Shown: piece by piece, positions 25,225 to 36,962 of the stretch
Layout: every line of letters starts with the position of its first letter
Numbering within the stretch: position 1 is the first letter of the stretch
Origin: Leucoraja ocellata
Lineage: Eukaryota
DNA length: 51,989 bases
Direction of reading: 5' to 3'
Assembly: GCA_036785375.1 (NCBI GenBank)
Contig: JAWMAR010004386.1
Location: 1 to 51,989 of the forward strand
Program-made: the position numbers and the translations under genes
The notes under the pieces: model-generated
Told to the model about the DNA's origin: nothing
What the model saw: only the letters and a program-made list of their open reading frames with translations
The model's database searches: none

Positions 25225-25505
25225 TGTGCGGAGCTGGTCCCGTCATCCGAAACACTAACACTGTCCAAAAACCCCGCGCGCGAACGGCCTGCCGGCCCGC
25301 AGCGTCTTGACGGCGTAGGCATCGTCTTGACGGCGTAGGCAGCGTCTTGACGGCGTACGCCTAGCACGTGGCGTTGCGCGATGACGTAACGCTGGACGCC
25401 GTGGGACGTCCAAATCCAGTCGGCCCGCCTCCTGCCCAGCTGATTGGTGAGTATGACGTCGGGACCAGCTCCAGACGGATCCGCGGTTGTAAGTGGGACC
25501 GGCCC
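25225..25505. mobile_element. PIF/Harbinger-like MITE fragment with 20-bp internal tandem repeats
   Basis: Right end taagtgggaccggccc; inverted pair ggagctggtccc / gggaccagctcc; gcgtcttgacggcgtaggca x3. Confidence 0.55.
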
Positions 25506-25778
25506 CGCGAGGATGTCCCGGCACCTTCGCCACACCATCCCCCGGCGTGTCCACACTACCCCCCTCCCCATGGCCGTGATCCCTCAGCCCCCAATCGCCG
25601 TGACCCTCACTCTCCCAACGTCCATGACCCCCCACCCCCCAATCACAGAGACCTCCACCCCTCAATCCGCGCGAACATCCCCCCCACCCCAATCCCAGTG
25701 ACCCCCATCCTTCAATCCCCGTGAACTCGCCCCCAGCAGCACAAGCAGCCACGGACAAACAGCTGGAGAACACTGGAT

Positions 25779-25784
25779 TTTATT
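25779..25784 (-). terminator. Putative polyadenylation signal of the MHC class I-like gene
   Basis: AATAAA on the minus strand downstream of the TM exon, followed by GT-rich sequence. Confidence 0.55.
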
Positions 25785-25819
25785 GAACATTTATGTGGCG
25801 ACAGTGAAGCAGAACACGC

Positions 25820-25942
25820 CCCCCCAGCAAAGAATCACATTCCCTCATCACCCCCCAGCAAAGAATCACATTCCCTGATCCCCCCACCCCCCCAGCAAAG
25901 AATCACATTCCCTCATCACCCCCCAGAAAAGAATCACATTCT
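25820..25942. repeat. ~32-bp minisatellite (cccccagcaaagaatcacattccctcatca) x4 in the presumed MHC 3' UTR
   Basis: Direct tandem copies visible. Confidence 0.85.
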
Positions 25943-26587
25943 TCACGGGGAGAAGGTGAGATGGAGGGGAAGATGGAGGGGTAGGAGTGTGGGGCAGATT
26001 GAGTTGTGCTCGGTGTTTCCGCTGGGTCAGGCCACGGGGGTGGAGGTGCCCGGAGGATGATGCAGACACATGCGGCGGGCAGGAGGTCACGTTGACCCGG
26101 GGCAGAGCTGCGGTTTGAGGGAGGATGATTGGAGAATAATCCCCCCTCCCCCGGGGGCTGCCATGTGTTTGCGCTGCACGAGGGGTGGGGGAGCAGAGAC
26201 TCTCAGCCCGATGGATGTCCGGCCCGGAGCTGCCAGGCAGAGAACCAGTGGCCCAGAGCCGGCAAATGGGAGCAATGTCCACGGGCCCCTGACGGGCAGA
26301 CACGGACACGGTGGGCCGAAGGGCCTGATACTGTGTTGTCTGGACACCCCCCGTGTGCGCCTACCCCCACGTGGCAGAAGGGGGGCGGGCGGAGAGAGGT
26401 TGAGACGGGAGTCTGGGGAGGGAGCGGGGAGGAGACGGGAGACAGAGGAAACAACGTGACGTCTTGTATCAGAAGAGTCGGGGGTCGGGGGGAGGTTGAA
26501 GGTCGTAGTTCGGGGGCAGGTTGAGGGGCATGGGTCGGGGGTTGAGGAGAGGACGCCCCTCCAATGTCTCCCCCCCCCCACTCCTAC

Positions 26588-26695
26588 CTTGGTTCTTCTT
26601 CCAGTAGAGGACTCCCCCCACGACAGCGGCCACCACCAGCACCAGGACAACGAGCACCAGGACAATGGTCATCACGGTGCTGCCCGACTTGCGGA
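26588..26695 (-). CDS. MHC class I-like connecting peptide/transmembrane exon
   Basis: cag|TC CGC...AAC CAA G|gtagg; 108 nt, phase 1-1; (V)RKSGSTVMTIVLVLVVLVLVVAAVVGGVLYWKKNQ. Confidence 0.85.
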
Positions 26696-27032
26696 CTGTC
26701 CCAGATTCACAAACACAGGCGGATGAGAGACAGAGACCGGGTCACGCATACCCCTCTTCTCCCCCAATCATCCTTCCGCTAGTCTCACTCACCCCCCCCA
26801 TCCTTCTCACCCCCTCCTCTCCTTCCCGAGCTGCTTCCCTCCGCAACCACCTGCCCTGAGCGCTACCCCACTCCTCCTCACCAACTCTCTCACCCTCCGC
26901 CCATCTCATACCCCCCCCCTCCCTCCAATCTCCCGCTCTCCCCCTCCCTCACCCATCCTCTATTTCCTAACCCTCCCCTTCCCTCTCTCCGATCTCCCGC
27001 TGCCCCCCACCCCCCCTCCCGCCCCCACTCAC

Positions 27033-27295
27033 CCAGGAAGACCTCGAGGGCTCGGACAGCCCCGGGTGCTCCACACGACAGGAGAGCGGGGCCGTGTCCC
27101 CGGGCTCCACGTGGGCCCAGCGGCGCTGCCGGAAGGTGCCGTCGTGGTTGGGCAGCGTCCCGTGGGAGCGGCTCTCATCCAGGACCAGGCCGTCCCGCAC
27201 CAGGTTCACCTCGATGGAGCGCGGGTAGAAGCCCGTGGTGAAACAACACACGCGGCTCCCATCCCCCGACAGGAAGATGCTCACCTCCGGCTGAA
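27033..27295 (-). CDS. MHC class I-like alpha3 (Ig C1-set) exon
   Basis: Pyrimidine tract cacag| ... |gtgagt; VQPEVSIF..CCFTTGFYPRSIEVNLVRDG..GTLPNHDGTFRQRRW..SCRVEHPGLSEP; 263 nt, one short of a symmetric exon. Confidence 0.88.
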
Positions 27296-27599
27296 CTGTG
27301 GGGAGAGGCTCAGTGAGGGGGAGACAGTGAGGGGGGTGGGGGGGGGGGGGGGCTGTGAGTGGGGGACAGTGAGGGAGGGGGGGGGGTGAGGGGGGGGCAG
27401 TGAGGGGGAGACAGTGATGGGGGGGAAGTGAGGGGTGACAGTGAATGAGGGACAGTGAGGGGGACAGTGGGGGGACAGGATGGCCCGATTAGAGCAAAGG
27501 GCAGGTTGGCAGGTTTGGGGAACCCTGGCCGATGAGCAATTATATTGAGGTTCTGGAAAAGAAAAAGATGGCACCCTACAGGTTTAGGTAGTCGAGATG

Positions 27600-27990
27600 A
27601 AATTAATCACTCGCCGAGAAGCGTGGGAGTAAATCTAAGTGGGAAATCCCGAGGGCATAAGGAAAGTATTAGATGGATCTGGCAGTCCAGGTAAAGGAAC
27701 ATTCCAAAAGATTCCACAGGTATATTGAGTGTAAAATGGTGCCCAACGTGTGAAAAGGTCCCTTTAAAGATCAGTGTGGCTATTTCTGTGTGGAGGCAAA
27801 TATATGTGAGATTGTAAATAAATATCTCATCAGTTTTTACTGTATAAAATCATGGAAGCTGAGGAATTAAGACAAATGGGCTGTGATGTATTGGGCCATA
27901 CACACATTTCCAAAGAGGATGGCTTGGTGGTCCTAAAGCACATTAGAGTAGCTCAAACCCCAGGGCCTGACCAGGCGGGAATATTTAAAA
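27600..27990 (+). mobile_element. Degenerate CR1 ORF2 fragment
   Basis: Resembles the post-endonuclease region (..KRFHRYI..GPFKDQ..SVFT..PGPD). Confidence 0.6.
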
Positions 27991-28174
27991 ACCGGCAGTT
28001 GGAGGTGAGAGTCAACGTGAGGCTTGAACAGCGATTAAAAGGAGGGCAGGCTCAATCGGAGCAGCCATTTTGGGGTGCTGCTGTAGATCAAAGTGTGGTT
28101 TTGCTCAGTTCTCGGAGGTGGCCAAGCAGCACACAGGCTAGGGCAAGGATGGTCACTTCTCATTTCCATCAGAA

Positions 28175-31100
28175 AGATACAATAAGGTGGAGTAACTCAG
28201 CGGGCTCAGACAGCATCTCTGGAGAAAAGGTATAGGTCAAATTTCCGGTCGAGACCCTTCTCCAGACTGAGCGTCAGGAAAAAGGGAAACAAGATATAGA
28301 CACGGTGATATAGGGAAATATAAATCAAATGAATGAAATATATGCAAAAAGTAGCAACAATATTAGACAGGCCTTTGTTAGCTGAAGGGCCAAGTGAAAA
28401 TGAGTTGCAGACAATGAAACTCACCATCGCGACACTGAACCTAGTTCAACAACTAGGGTGGGAGAGGGACGGAGAGAGAGAGAGCGGTTGCAAGGGTTAC
28501 TTGAAGTTACGAAAATCAATATTCATACCGTTGGGTTGCAAACTGCCCAAGGAAAATAAGAAGTGCTGTTCCTCCAATTTGCGTTTGGCCTCACTCTGAC
28601 AATGGAAAACCCCAGGACAAGAAGCTACATGTGGAATGGGAAGGGGAATTAAATTGTTTGGCAACCGGAAGATCAGGTAGGACCAGGCCGACTGAGCGAA
28701 GGTGTACAGCGAAACGATCACTCATTTTATGTTTGATCTCACCGACGAATTAGAGTCGACACCATGAACAATGGATACAGTAGATGGTTGGAGGAGATGC
28801 AAGTGAACGTCTGCCGAACCTGAAGGGTCCATCAAGGTCCCAGGACAGTCGCAGGATGAGGCATTATGGACAGGTGTTACATCTCCTGCGGTTGCTGATG
28901 AAGGTACCTGGGGAGGAGGTGGTTTGGGTGGGAAGGGATAAGTTAATCGGAGGGAACGGTCTCTGCGGATGGTGGAAAGGAGTGGAGATGGGAAATTGTG
29001 ACTTGTGGTGGGATCCCGTTGGATTCATGTAAAGATCAGTTGATCAAAGTGCAGGATCAGCATGTTCCAGTACGGAGGAGCGACAAGGTTGGCAAAGTAT
29101 TGCAACTGTGGGTGTATACTTGGTCAGGAATCAAATTTGGAAAATACAAATATGGCAAGACAGCTTGAGCGAGAAAGAGGTCGTGCTGAGGTTGTTGAAA
29201 AACATTAAAGTCAGGGCCGGATTTATTATTAAGCTATTTCAAATGTGAACCCCTTCCCCACCACCCCCCCCCCCCCCCCCCCCCCCCCCACTCCCAGTCC
29301 CCCACCCCCACGACTAGAGGACCATGACTACCCGACAGTGACAGTGTGACACTTTTAGATCCTACTGTATGTTGTCATTAAATAGTTGGTTTTAAAATAC
29401 AAATTGGATTCACCGTGGAGCGGGCGACAACTTACGTGTATCGCCATTTGAAGTTCTGGAGTGGTGGGCCTGCTGCTTCAACATCTTGGAGCTGTGGTTT
29501 GCGGAGCTCCCAGCCTCAGGCTGCGCTGATTTAAACATTGTGAAACCCTGGGATCCCTTTGCCGAGAGCCGCCAGCGTGAATCTCCGCCCTGCTCAGCCT
29601 GTGGAATTTGGGTGGTGCGGGAGGGAAGGGAAGAATTGACCAGAGAATTGTGGAGGGAGCGGTCTTTGCAGAAAGCGGACAACGGGGAGGGAGGGGGGGA
29701 GGTGAGAGATCCGAAGATGTGGCGAGTGATGGGGTCACGTTGGAGGTGGCGAAAATGACAGAGGCCAATTTGTTGTACGTGACGGCTAGTGGGGTGAAAG
29801 GTGAGGACTAGGGGGACTCTGCCCTTGTGACGTGTGTGGGGGGGAGGGGACAGAGAGCAGTGTTACGGGGTATGGAAGAGACCCTGGCGAGAGCCTCATC
29901 TATAGAAGGGGAGTGGAACCCCCGTACCTTGAAGAAGGACGACATTTCCGATGCCCTGATGTGAAACACATCATCTTGGGAGCAGATGCGGCGCAGACGG
30001 ACGAATTGGGAGAGTATCAGTGGACGGGTATATGTTGATTCTCCGGTCGAGGGTCGAGGAAGAACCGGAGGGCTTTGAGACTATCCTGGTGGGGGATGGA
30101 GGTGTAGAGTGACTGGACGTCCATGGTGAAGATGAGTGGGTGAGGGCCTAGAGAATGGAATGCCCGGAGACGACGGAGAGTGTCTGAGGTGTCTTGAACA
30201 TAGGAGGGGAGGTATTTAACCAGGGGGATAGGATGGAGTCAAGGTATGTGGAGATGTTTTCGGTAGGGCACGAATAGGCCGAGTCAATGGGTCTAGCAGG
30301 ACAGTCAGGTTTGTGGATTATGGGGAGAAGGTAAAATCGGGCCGTGCGAGGCCGGGTAACGATGAGGCTGGAGGCGGTGGGGGGCAGCAGTGGACGAAGT
30401 CAGTGATGGTGCTGGAGATAGTGGCCTGGAAGTACGCTGTGAGGTGGAGGCGACGGTAGAAGAGCTCCAAGTCGAGGTGGGCGCGGAACTCATTGAGGTG
30501 GGGGCGGAGGGGGACAAAGGTAAGACCTCTGCTGAGGACCGGACGTTCGGTGTCAGAGAGGTGGAGGTCAGGGGTGATGGTGATCACCCGGCAGGGATGG
30601 GGGTTGGGGCCGGAGGAAGGCAGGTGGGTGGACTGGGGACGAGGCGATGTGTGGTGGGGGAGTGGTGGGTGGACGGGGGGTAGGAGGGTATGAGGACTGT
30701 AATGTGGGTGGGGAAGAGCAGGGGTCACGTAGCTTGAGGGGGATGGGGAAGACCCAGTGCAACAGCAACGGAGGTTACCAGTGTTAGGGGGACTTGCACA
30801 AAGACCCAGTGTAGTCAACCCCAGGGGTGTTGGAGTTAGCAACGTGGAGGCTTCATGCCCGGTGCTGGGTGCTGGTTGCAGGTAAGGCAACGGCTGGATG
30901 GCGGTGGAGTGGCGAGGGTTGACGGACCCGATGGTGGGAGTCCGCGGGGAGTAGAGTTCGGGTCGGCGGGCGATGCGTGGGCGGTCCCGGTGGGCGGATG
31001 GTCGGTGGGGCGGCGCGGGTCGGCCAGCCCGGTGAGGCGACGCGGTGAGTAGGGCGCAGTGAGGCGGCAATGTTCGGACAGCCCGGTGCAGCCGCGATGT

Positions 31101-31240
31101 TAGGTAGGTCCGGTGCGGCGACCATGTTGTGTGGGCCCAGTGCGAGGTGGGTCGGCCAGGTGCGGATGCGAGGTGGATAGACCCCAGATGCGGCGGCGAG
31201 GCCAATGTTGTTCGTTTCTTTAAGAAATTAAACAAAATCC
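28175..31240 (-). mobile_element. Penelope-like element (RT and GIY-YIG remnants), interrupted at ~29030-29605
   Basis: LSDTERPVLSRGLTFVP (RT N-terminus), DRSLHNSLVNS, CQSEAKRKLEEQHFLFSLGSLQPNGMNIDF (GIY-YIG C-terminus); terminal repeat with decayed hammerhead motif at 28230-28268. Confidence 0.8.
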
Positions 31241-31798
31241 AGGGAACTGTAGTCTGGTGAACTACCGTCCGTGCTGGGGAAATAAATGGAGAGAACTCTC
31301 CGAGATAGGATGTACTCCTGTTCTACCCGAATATGGTATCAACTGGCGCGTCGAATAAAATAATCCAAACCAATGATTAGTACAACTAAATCTTTATTTG
31401 CATCGATTTATTTAAGCATGCATGCAAACTGTTGAAATCTAAGAGGTGCTCATTTATTTTATTATTTCAACATCATTTCTTAAACGAAATTACAAAACTC
31501 TTGACTTTGACTAGATATTACCCGTATGAATGATTTGGGAATATTCTCTCTGATGGTTGGGGGTAGTATTCTCCGATTTACAAGTTCAGGAACCTCGTTT
31601 TTACTACAGTGGTGCCCGGGTTGTCCCTGTCGATCTCTCGCTCGGACAGCCATTCTTTTCAATATTTTTTCCTACCATTTTCGAAAGAAGCCTTTGTTCT
31701 AACCCAAGGCTTTCATGACTATGAAGTAAATCATTTCAAGTTGTCACTCCTCCAACGGCTGAATAAACACATCATCTTAGTTCCCTATCAAGCTAGAG

Positions 31799-32880
31799 CA
31801 GCGTTTCTCAACCGCGGTTCCCCGGAGCGCTGGGGTTCAGCGAGAGGTCGCTACGGATTCCGATTGAAATAGTGATAGATAGGCTAATTGTATGTAAATG
31901 AATGTTAGAGTTATTTTTGTGTTTAATTTCACATTCGTAATTCTCCCGCTACATAGTCCCCCACATCCCCCCCCCCCCCTCTCTCATGCGCTTTCATCCC
32001 CTGCACTCTCCTCTGTGTGTCTGCTCTCCATCTCACACTGTTTCTGTCTTCCTCTCACCCCCTGTGAGTCGTTCCCCTCTTCCAATTCAGCATCACCCCT
32101 CTCTGGTTCTTCGCTCGCTCTTCTTTCTACCTCGCTCGTGTCCCTCGCTATCTCACTAGCCATTCCCTATCTCCGAATTATTTATTGCGCTCCTTCCTTT
32201 GCCCTCCTCTGTCACCCCATTAATCCGCATGATGTTTCGGCTCCTACTCCTCTCTCTTTCTATCGATCACATAGACCCATCTTGGCCGAGCAACTCACAC
32301 TCTCCCTCCGCCTCCCCCCCCCCCCCCCCCCCCCCCCCCCCAGGGGGGTGATATACGATGCTGAGAACATCTTTTCCATTTATAAACCGGCACAAAATCT
32401 TGATACATGTACATCTACAAAAAGTCACCAGGTTCGATCTTCGTGCCACATATTTATTGCTGGGACATGTCGGTCGCTGTTGGCAGGTTCGGCCGAAGGG
32501 CCGACAGACATCCGCAGACACTGTTGGACGGTTGGGCATGGCAGTGAAGGAGTGTGGAAGGTGAGTCGTTTCTAACTTTGGAAATAAACGGATAAAACAT
32601 GACCTACTGTCTACTGAAGTGTCAGTGTCGGGTGGGTGAGGCCGATCTTAGGGTAGGGAGTCAATGACGCACAAAGACAGAGGGAGATTACAAGAGATGA
32701 ACAACGCTCAGCATGGAGATTGGAAGGTGGTTCTTGGTGGAAGAGCACGCTCAGATGTAGGGGATTGAAGGATAATTCTGGGCATTTTTATTTCAGACGG
32801 ACCTCGTTCAAGAAGCATATCGGGCCCGCGGAGGGAGATGGGACTATTGGTCGCGAGGCCGAATTTGCCCAAGACCTGTC
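31799..32880. mobile_element. hAT/Charlie-like DNA transposon remnant
   Basis: Starts ctagag|CAGCGTTTCTCAACC (Charlie-type TIR and target); right boundary uncertain. Confidence 0.45.
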
Positions 32881-33206
32881 CCCACTGCGGAGTAAAACCG
32901 CATAAACGGTCCCAGAGTGGAGTTCACATCAGATGGGTTCCCATTGAAGATGAGAATGGGACGATTGGTACTAGGTCAGACTTTGCACCAGAGTAGTCTC
33001 CGCTATGCAGAGAGGATTTGTTCTTGGCCGGAGTTTACACCAGGCTGTGTACGGAGTCGGGTCGACTGGGCAAATGTGCAGTTCTCACTGTGAGGGGATT
33101 GAGGTCATGGAGCAGATGAAGGGTCCCTTCGATGTGATCATCCGCCCAGGAAAATTGGTGTGTGATTGTCAGGATCACGAGCACGGCCAGCGCCTGCTGG
33201 ATGTTC

Positions 33207-34114
33207 TCATTGCGCGCATTTATTAATGAGCCGGAGCACTGAAGCGAACGGATATTTCACCGCTCCCTTCATCTGCTCTCTAAACTTGGACTGGGTGGCC
33301 ACGTAAATAAACGTGTTCGTGCAGCAGCTGAGATTACTCAGCAAATGCCCGACGTCGTCAGCGATGTGAGCAGAAACATTCGGACCTTTTGAATTTCCTC
33401 TGATTTTATTATAGACCACGTATGAAACCAACGTCAGCCATAGTGCGATGAAGCAGCCGGAGATGGTGAAGAGTAAAACCACAGACTTTCTCCTACTCTC
33501 CATCTCCGGGTCACTGCGGCTCTCCTCCTTGCTCAGACCCCTCAGCCCCTGACGGACTCGACTAGCCACTAAAATTTGGCGGACTGTCAGACCATTGAGC
33601 ATGAGAATTACAACGAAAGGGACGACGGGATTGCAAACCTTGTCGAAGTAGGTAAATACCTCCCATCCGTGGGTAGTTTTAACACTGGCCAACGTTTTAC
33701 AGCCCCATGCGACATTGCCGATGATCACAGCGGGTCCACTTACGACGTAGAAAGTGACGTTTTTCAGAAGAATCAGAACGCCGGTTGTTGCGAGAACCGC
33801 AGCCGCAGTTTTCCCGGTGCAATATTTTGTTTTCAGCTTCTGGCAACAAATGGCGACACACCGATCAAACGTGAAAGTGACGGTGAACCAGACAGAACAC
33901 TCTCTAGCTGTATACTTTAGCACCATGGTAACACAAAACACAGGGGTGATGCCCAGGAAACTCCACCGAAAGTAATATATTCGGATCTGATGTAAAATGA
34001 CCTCGATGATGAGGACCAGTAGATCGGACGCTGCCATGGCTACCAGGTAGCGAGTGGTGCAGGTGGAGAGGCCACATTTTCCCCGGGACAGAATCACAAT
34101 CGCCATTAAATTCA
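33207..34114 (-). CDS. GPR139/142-like class A GPCR, exon 2 (end of TM1 to TM7 and C-tail)
   Basis: ccctttctgcag| acceptor; open to TGA; seven-TM pattern with MAASDLL, FTFDRCVAIC, PFVVILMLN, RRKSVVLL, CCTNTFIY..SKFRE. Confidence 0.92.
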
Positions 34115-34146
34115 CTGCAGAAAGGGAATTGAACGGATGCTGGGCA

Positions 34147-34330
34147 TTGATTCAGATTCAGATTCAGATTCAATTTTAATTGTCATTGTCAGTGTACAGT
34201 ACAGAGACAACGAAATGCATTTAGCATCTCCCTGGAAGAGCGACATAGCACATGATTTGAATAAATAATAATACGTGTCCGGGGGGGGGGGGGGGGGGGG
34301 GGGGGGGGTGATTGGCAGTCACCGAGGTAC
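34147..34330 (-). mobile_element. Short retroposon 3' end with (GATTCA)n tail in the GPCR intron
   Basis: Microsatellite tail plus tgacaattaaa-type signal on the minus strand. Confidence 0.55.
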
Positions 34331-34334
34331 TGGT

Positions 34335-36415
34335 GTCATAGTCATAGAGCGATACAGTGTGGAATCAGGCCCTTCGGCCCAATTCGCCCACAGCGGACAA
34401 CAATGACCCAGCTACACTAGTTCCACTTGCCTGCGCGTGATCACTATCCCTCCAAACCCGTCCTATCCATGTACCTGTCAAATCGTTTCATAAACAATGG
34501 GATAGTCCCAGACTCAACTGTCTCCTCTGGCAGCGTGTTCCATACACCCACCACCCTTGTGTGAAAAGGTTACCCCTCGTAGTTATATTAACTATTTTCC
34601 CTTTCACCTTGAACCTATGTCCTTTCGTCCCCTATTCCCCTGCCCAGGGCGAAAGACATTGTGCCTCTACCAGATCTATTCCTCTCACGATTGTATACAC
34701 CTCTATAAGATCTCCCCTCAACCTCCTGCGCGCCATGGAATAAAGAATAATGAATAATGGTAATATCCTCGTAATTCATTTCTGAACCCTTTCAAGCTTG
34801 ACAATATATTTCCTATAACAGCCCTATAACATTCAGAATTAAAGACACTATTCGAGATGCGGTCTCACCAACGTCTTGTACAACTGCAACATGACCTCCC
34901 AACTACTATACTCAATACTCTAACTGATGAAGGCCAAAGTGCTAAAAGCCTTTTTGATCACCTTATCTGCCTGTGACTCGACCTTCAAGGAAATATGCAC
35001 CTGGACTACTAGATCCCTCCGCTCTACAACACTACCCAGAGGCCTACCATTTACTGTGTAGGTCCTTCCCTGGTTCGCCGTCCCAAAATGCAACACCTCA
35101 CATTTTTCTGCATTAAATTCCATCAACCATTCTTTCGCCCACCTGGGCAACCGATCCAGGTCCTGCTGCAATCATTCACAGCCATCTTCACTATCTGCAA
35201 AACCACATTTATATCATCAACAAACTTGCTAATCTCGCCCTGTGTGTTCTCATCCAAATCATTGATCTTGATGACAAACGGTAACGGGCCCAGCACAGAA
35301 CCCTGAGGCACACCACTAGTCACAGGCCAGTCTGAGATGTAAACTTTCAACATCACCCTCTGCTCCATTCCATGGAACCAATTTTCCATCCATTCAGCTA
35401 TCTCTCCTTGGATCCCATGCGATCTAACCTTCCAGAGCAGCCGACCATGCGGAACCTTGTCAAATTCCTCACTGAAATTCATGTAGACAACATCTACAGC
35501 TCTGCCCTCATCAACCTTTTTGGTCACGTCTTCAAAATATTCAATCCGAATGTGAGACACGACCTCCCACGTACAAAACTATACTGACTATCCCTGATCA
35601 GCCCTTGCCCATCCAAATGCCTGTATAACCTATCTATCGGAACACTCGTCAGTAACTTACCAACAACAGATGTTAAGCTCACCGGCCGATAGGCCCCGGC
35701 ATTTTCCTTGCAACCCTACTTGAAAAGAGGCGCAACATTTGCCACCCTCCAGTCATCCGGCACCTCTCGTGTATTTAAGGACGATTCGTAAATTTCTACC
35801 AGGGCTCCCGCAATTTCCTCTCTAGCTTCCCACAATGTCCTCGGATATATCTGATCAGGTGCTGGCGATTTGTTTATCTTCAAACACGTCAGTACATTTA
35901 GTACTTCTTCTTGACTGCTCTCAAAACACTTCAAGTGACTGCTCCAATTGCTTTCGTCCGACTCGGTAAGTACAGAGGGAAAATACTCATTTAGGACCAT
36001 GCCCATCTCCTGTGGCTCCACACCGAGGTGGTCGCTTTGATTCCTGACAGGTCCCATTCTCTCTCTAACCCTTTCCCCCCTTATTTATTTATAAAACATT
36101 TTGGGGTTGTCCTCAATGCTAGCCGTCAGAGCTATATCCTGTTCCCTTTTGCCTTTCTGATACCCGTGTTAGTTGACTCCTTAGTTCCCGAAACTCCTCC
36201 AGGGGTGCACCTGATCCCAGCTGCCTACACTTGTCCCATGCATCCTTCTTGTTTTTGATTAACGTCTCAATTTCACTCGTCAGCCAAGCTTCCTTACGTC
36301 TGCCTGCTTTGCGCGTCACTATAAACGGGATGTACACATCCTTAGCTTTCTTCAGTACGCTGTTAAAAACATCCCACGGCCGATGTTCCTTTCCCCTCAA
36401 ATAACCTGCACCAGG
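34335..36415 (-). mobile_element. Degenerate CR1 LINE in the GPCR intron
   Basis: ORF fragments 34920-35171, 35123-35560, 35716-36057; (GTCATA)n tail. Confidence 0.88.
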
Positions 36416-36419
36416 CAAC

Positions 36420-36962
36420 TTGAGCGAGACCGCAAGATGGTGCCTGCCTGCGGAGCACCAGAACAGAAAAGGTTCACCTCTAACTCCTATCAACTCACCT
36501 GGACCAGGGAAACGGCAATAATCGGTGCCGTTTCAGACAAGCTGTTTGGGCAGCTGAAAGCGTTGGCAATTTCATGATCTCCCGCAGCTGCGGAAACCAC
36601 GCTTTAAAATGTCCCACGCTGGCTGTAAAACTCCCGACCTGACTGAGGATCCCAGGTACGATACCTGCAGACCCCGGGATGACCCCCGGAGCCGACGGGC
36701 TGTGTCTCCCAGAAACAATTATGCTGGAGCTGCTGACTTTGGGGGAACCGCCGTTCGTTACGGAGCTGGAGCTGCCGTCTGTGAAGGAATCCTTGTTTCA
36801 GCGCAGTTCCGCAGAAACTGCAGTAAATATAGTACCTGAAAACAAAGGGGAAGCCTCCATTGTGTCCGGAACGTGGCCGACGGGCAGGACTTCAGGTCAG
36901 ACTGAAGCGCAGGGGACTTCGTCCCCTTCTCCCTACTACCCTACTCGCCAATGTACAGTCCC
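36420..36962 (+). mobile_element. Rex1/Babar-like LINE 5' fragment
   Basis: GLQVRLKRRGLRPLLPTTLLANVQSL resembles the start of the Rex1 endonuclease ORF. Confidence 0.65.

Noticed and set aside
26030-26420. Specific MHC cytoplasmic exons (candidate acceptors near 26413 and 26108)
   Set aside because: Plausible AG sites exist but I cannot fix boundaries or frames without transcripts, so they are not called
28230-28268. Active minimal hammerhead ribozyme in the Penelope terminal repeat (minus strand)
   Set aside because: Layout fits CTGAnGA-stem-GAAA, but the core reads CTGGAGA and the downstream cleavage context is mutated; at best a dead remnant
30318-31235. 305-aa Pro/His-rich ORF as a host gene
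   Set aside because: Lies in the Penelope element and ends in its RT N-terminal sequence; low complexity
31393-31412. Octamer ATTTGCAT and minus-strand AATAAA signals as regulatory sites
   Set aside because: Short motifs in AT-rich DNA; they may be the GPCR polyA region but this cannot be supported without 3'-end data
31898-32575. 225-aa Ser/Leu/Pro-rich ORF
   Set aside because: Produced by pyrimidine-rich low-complexity sequence within a transposon remnant; no domain
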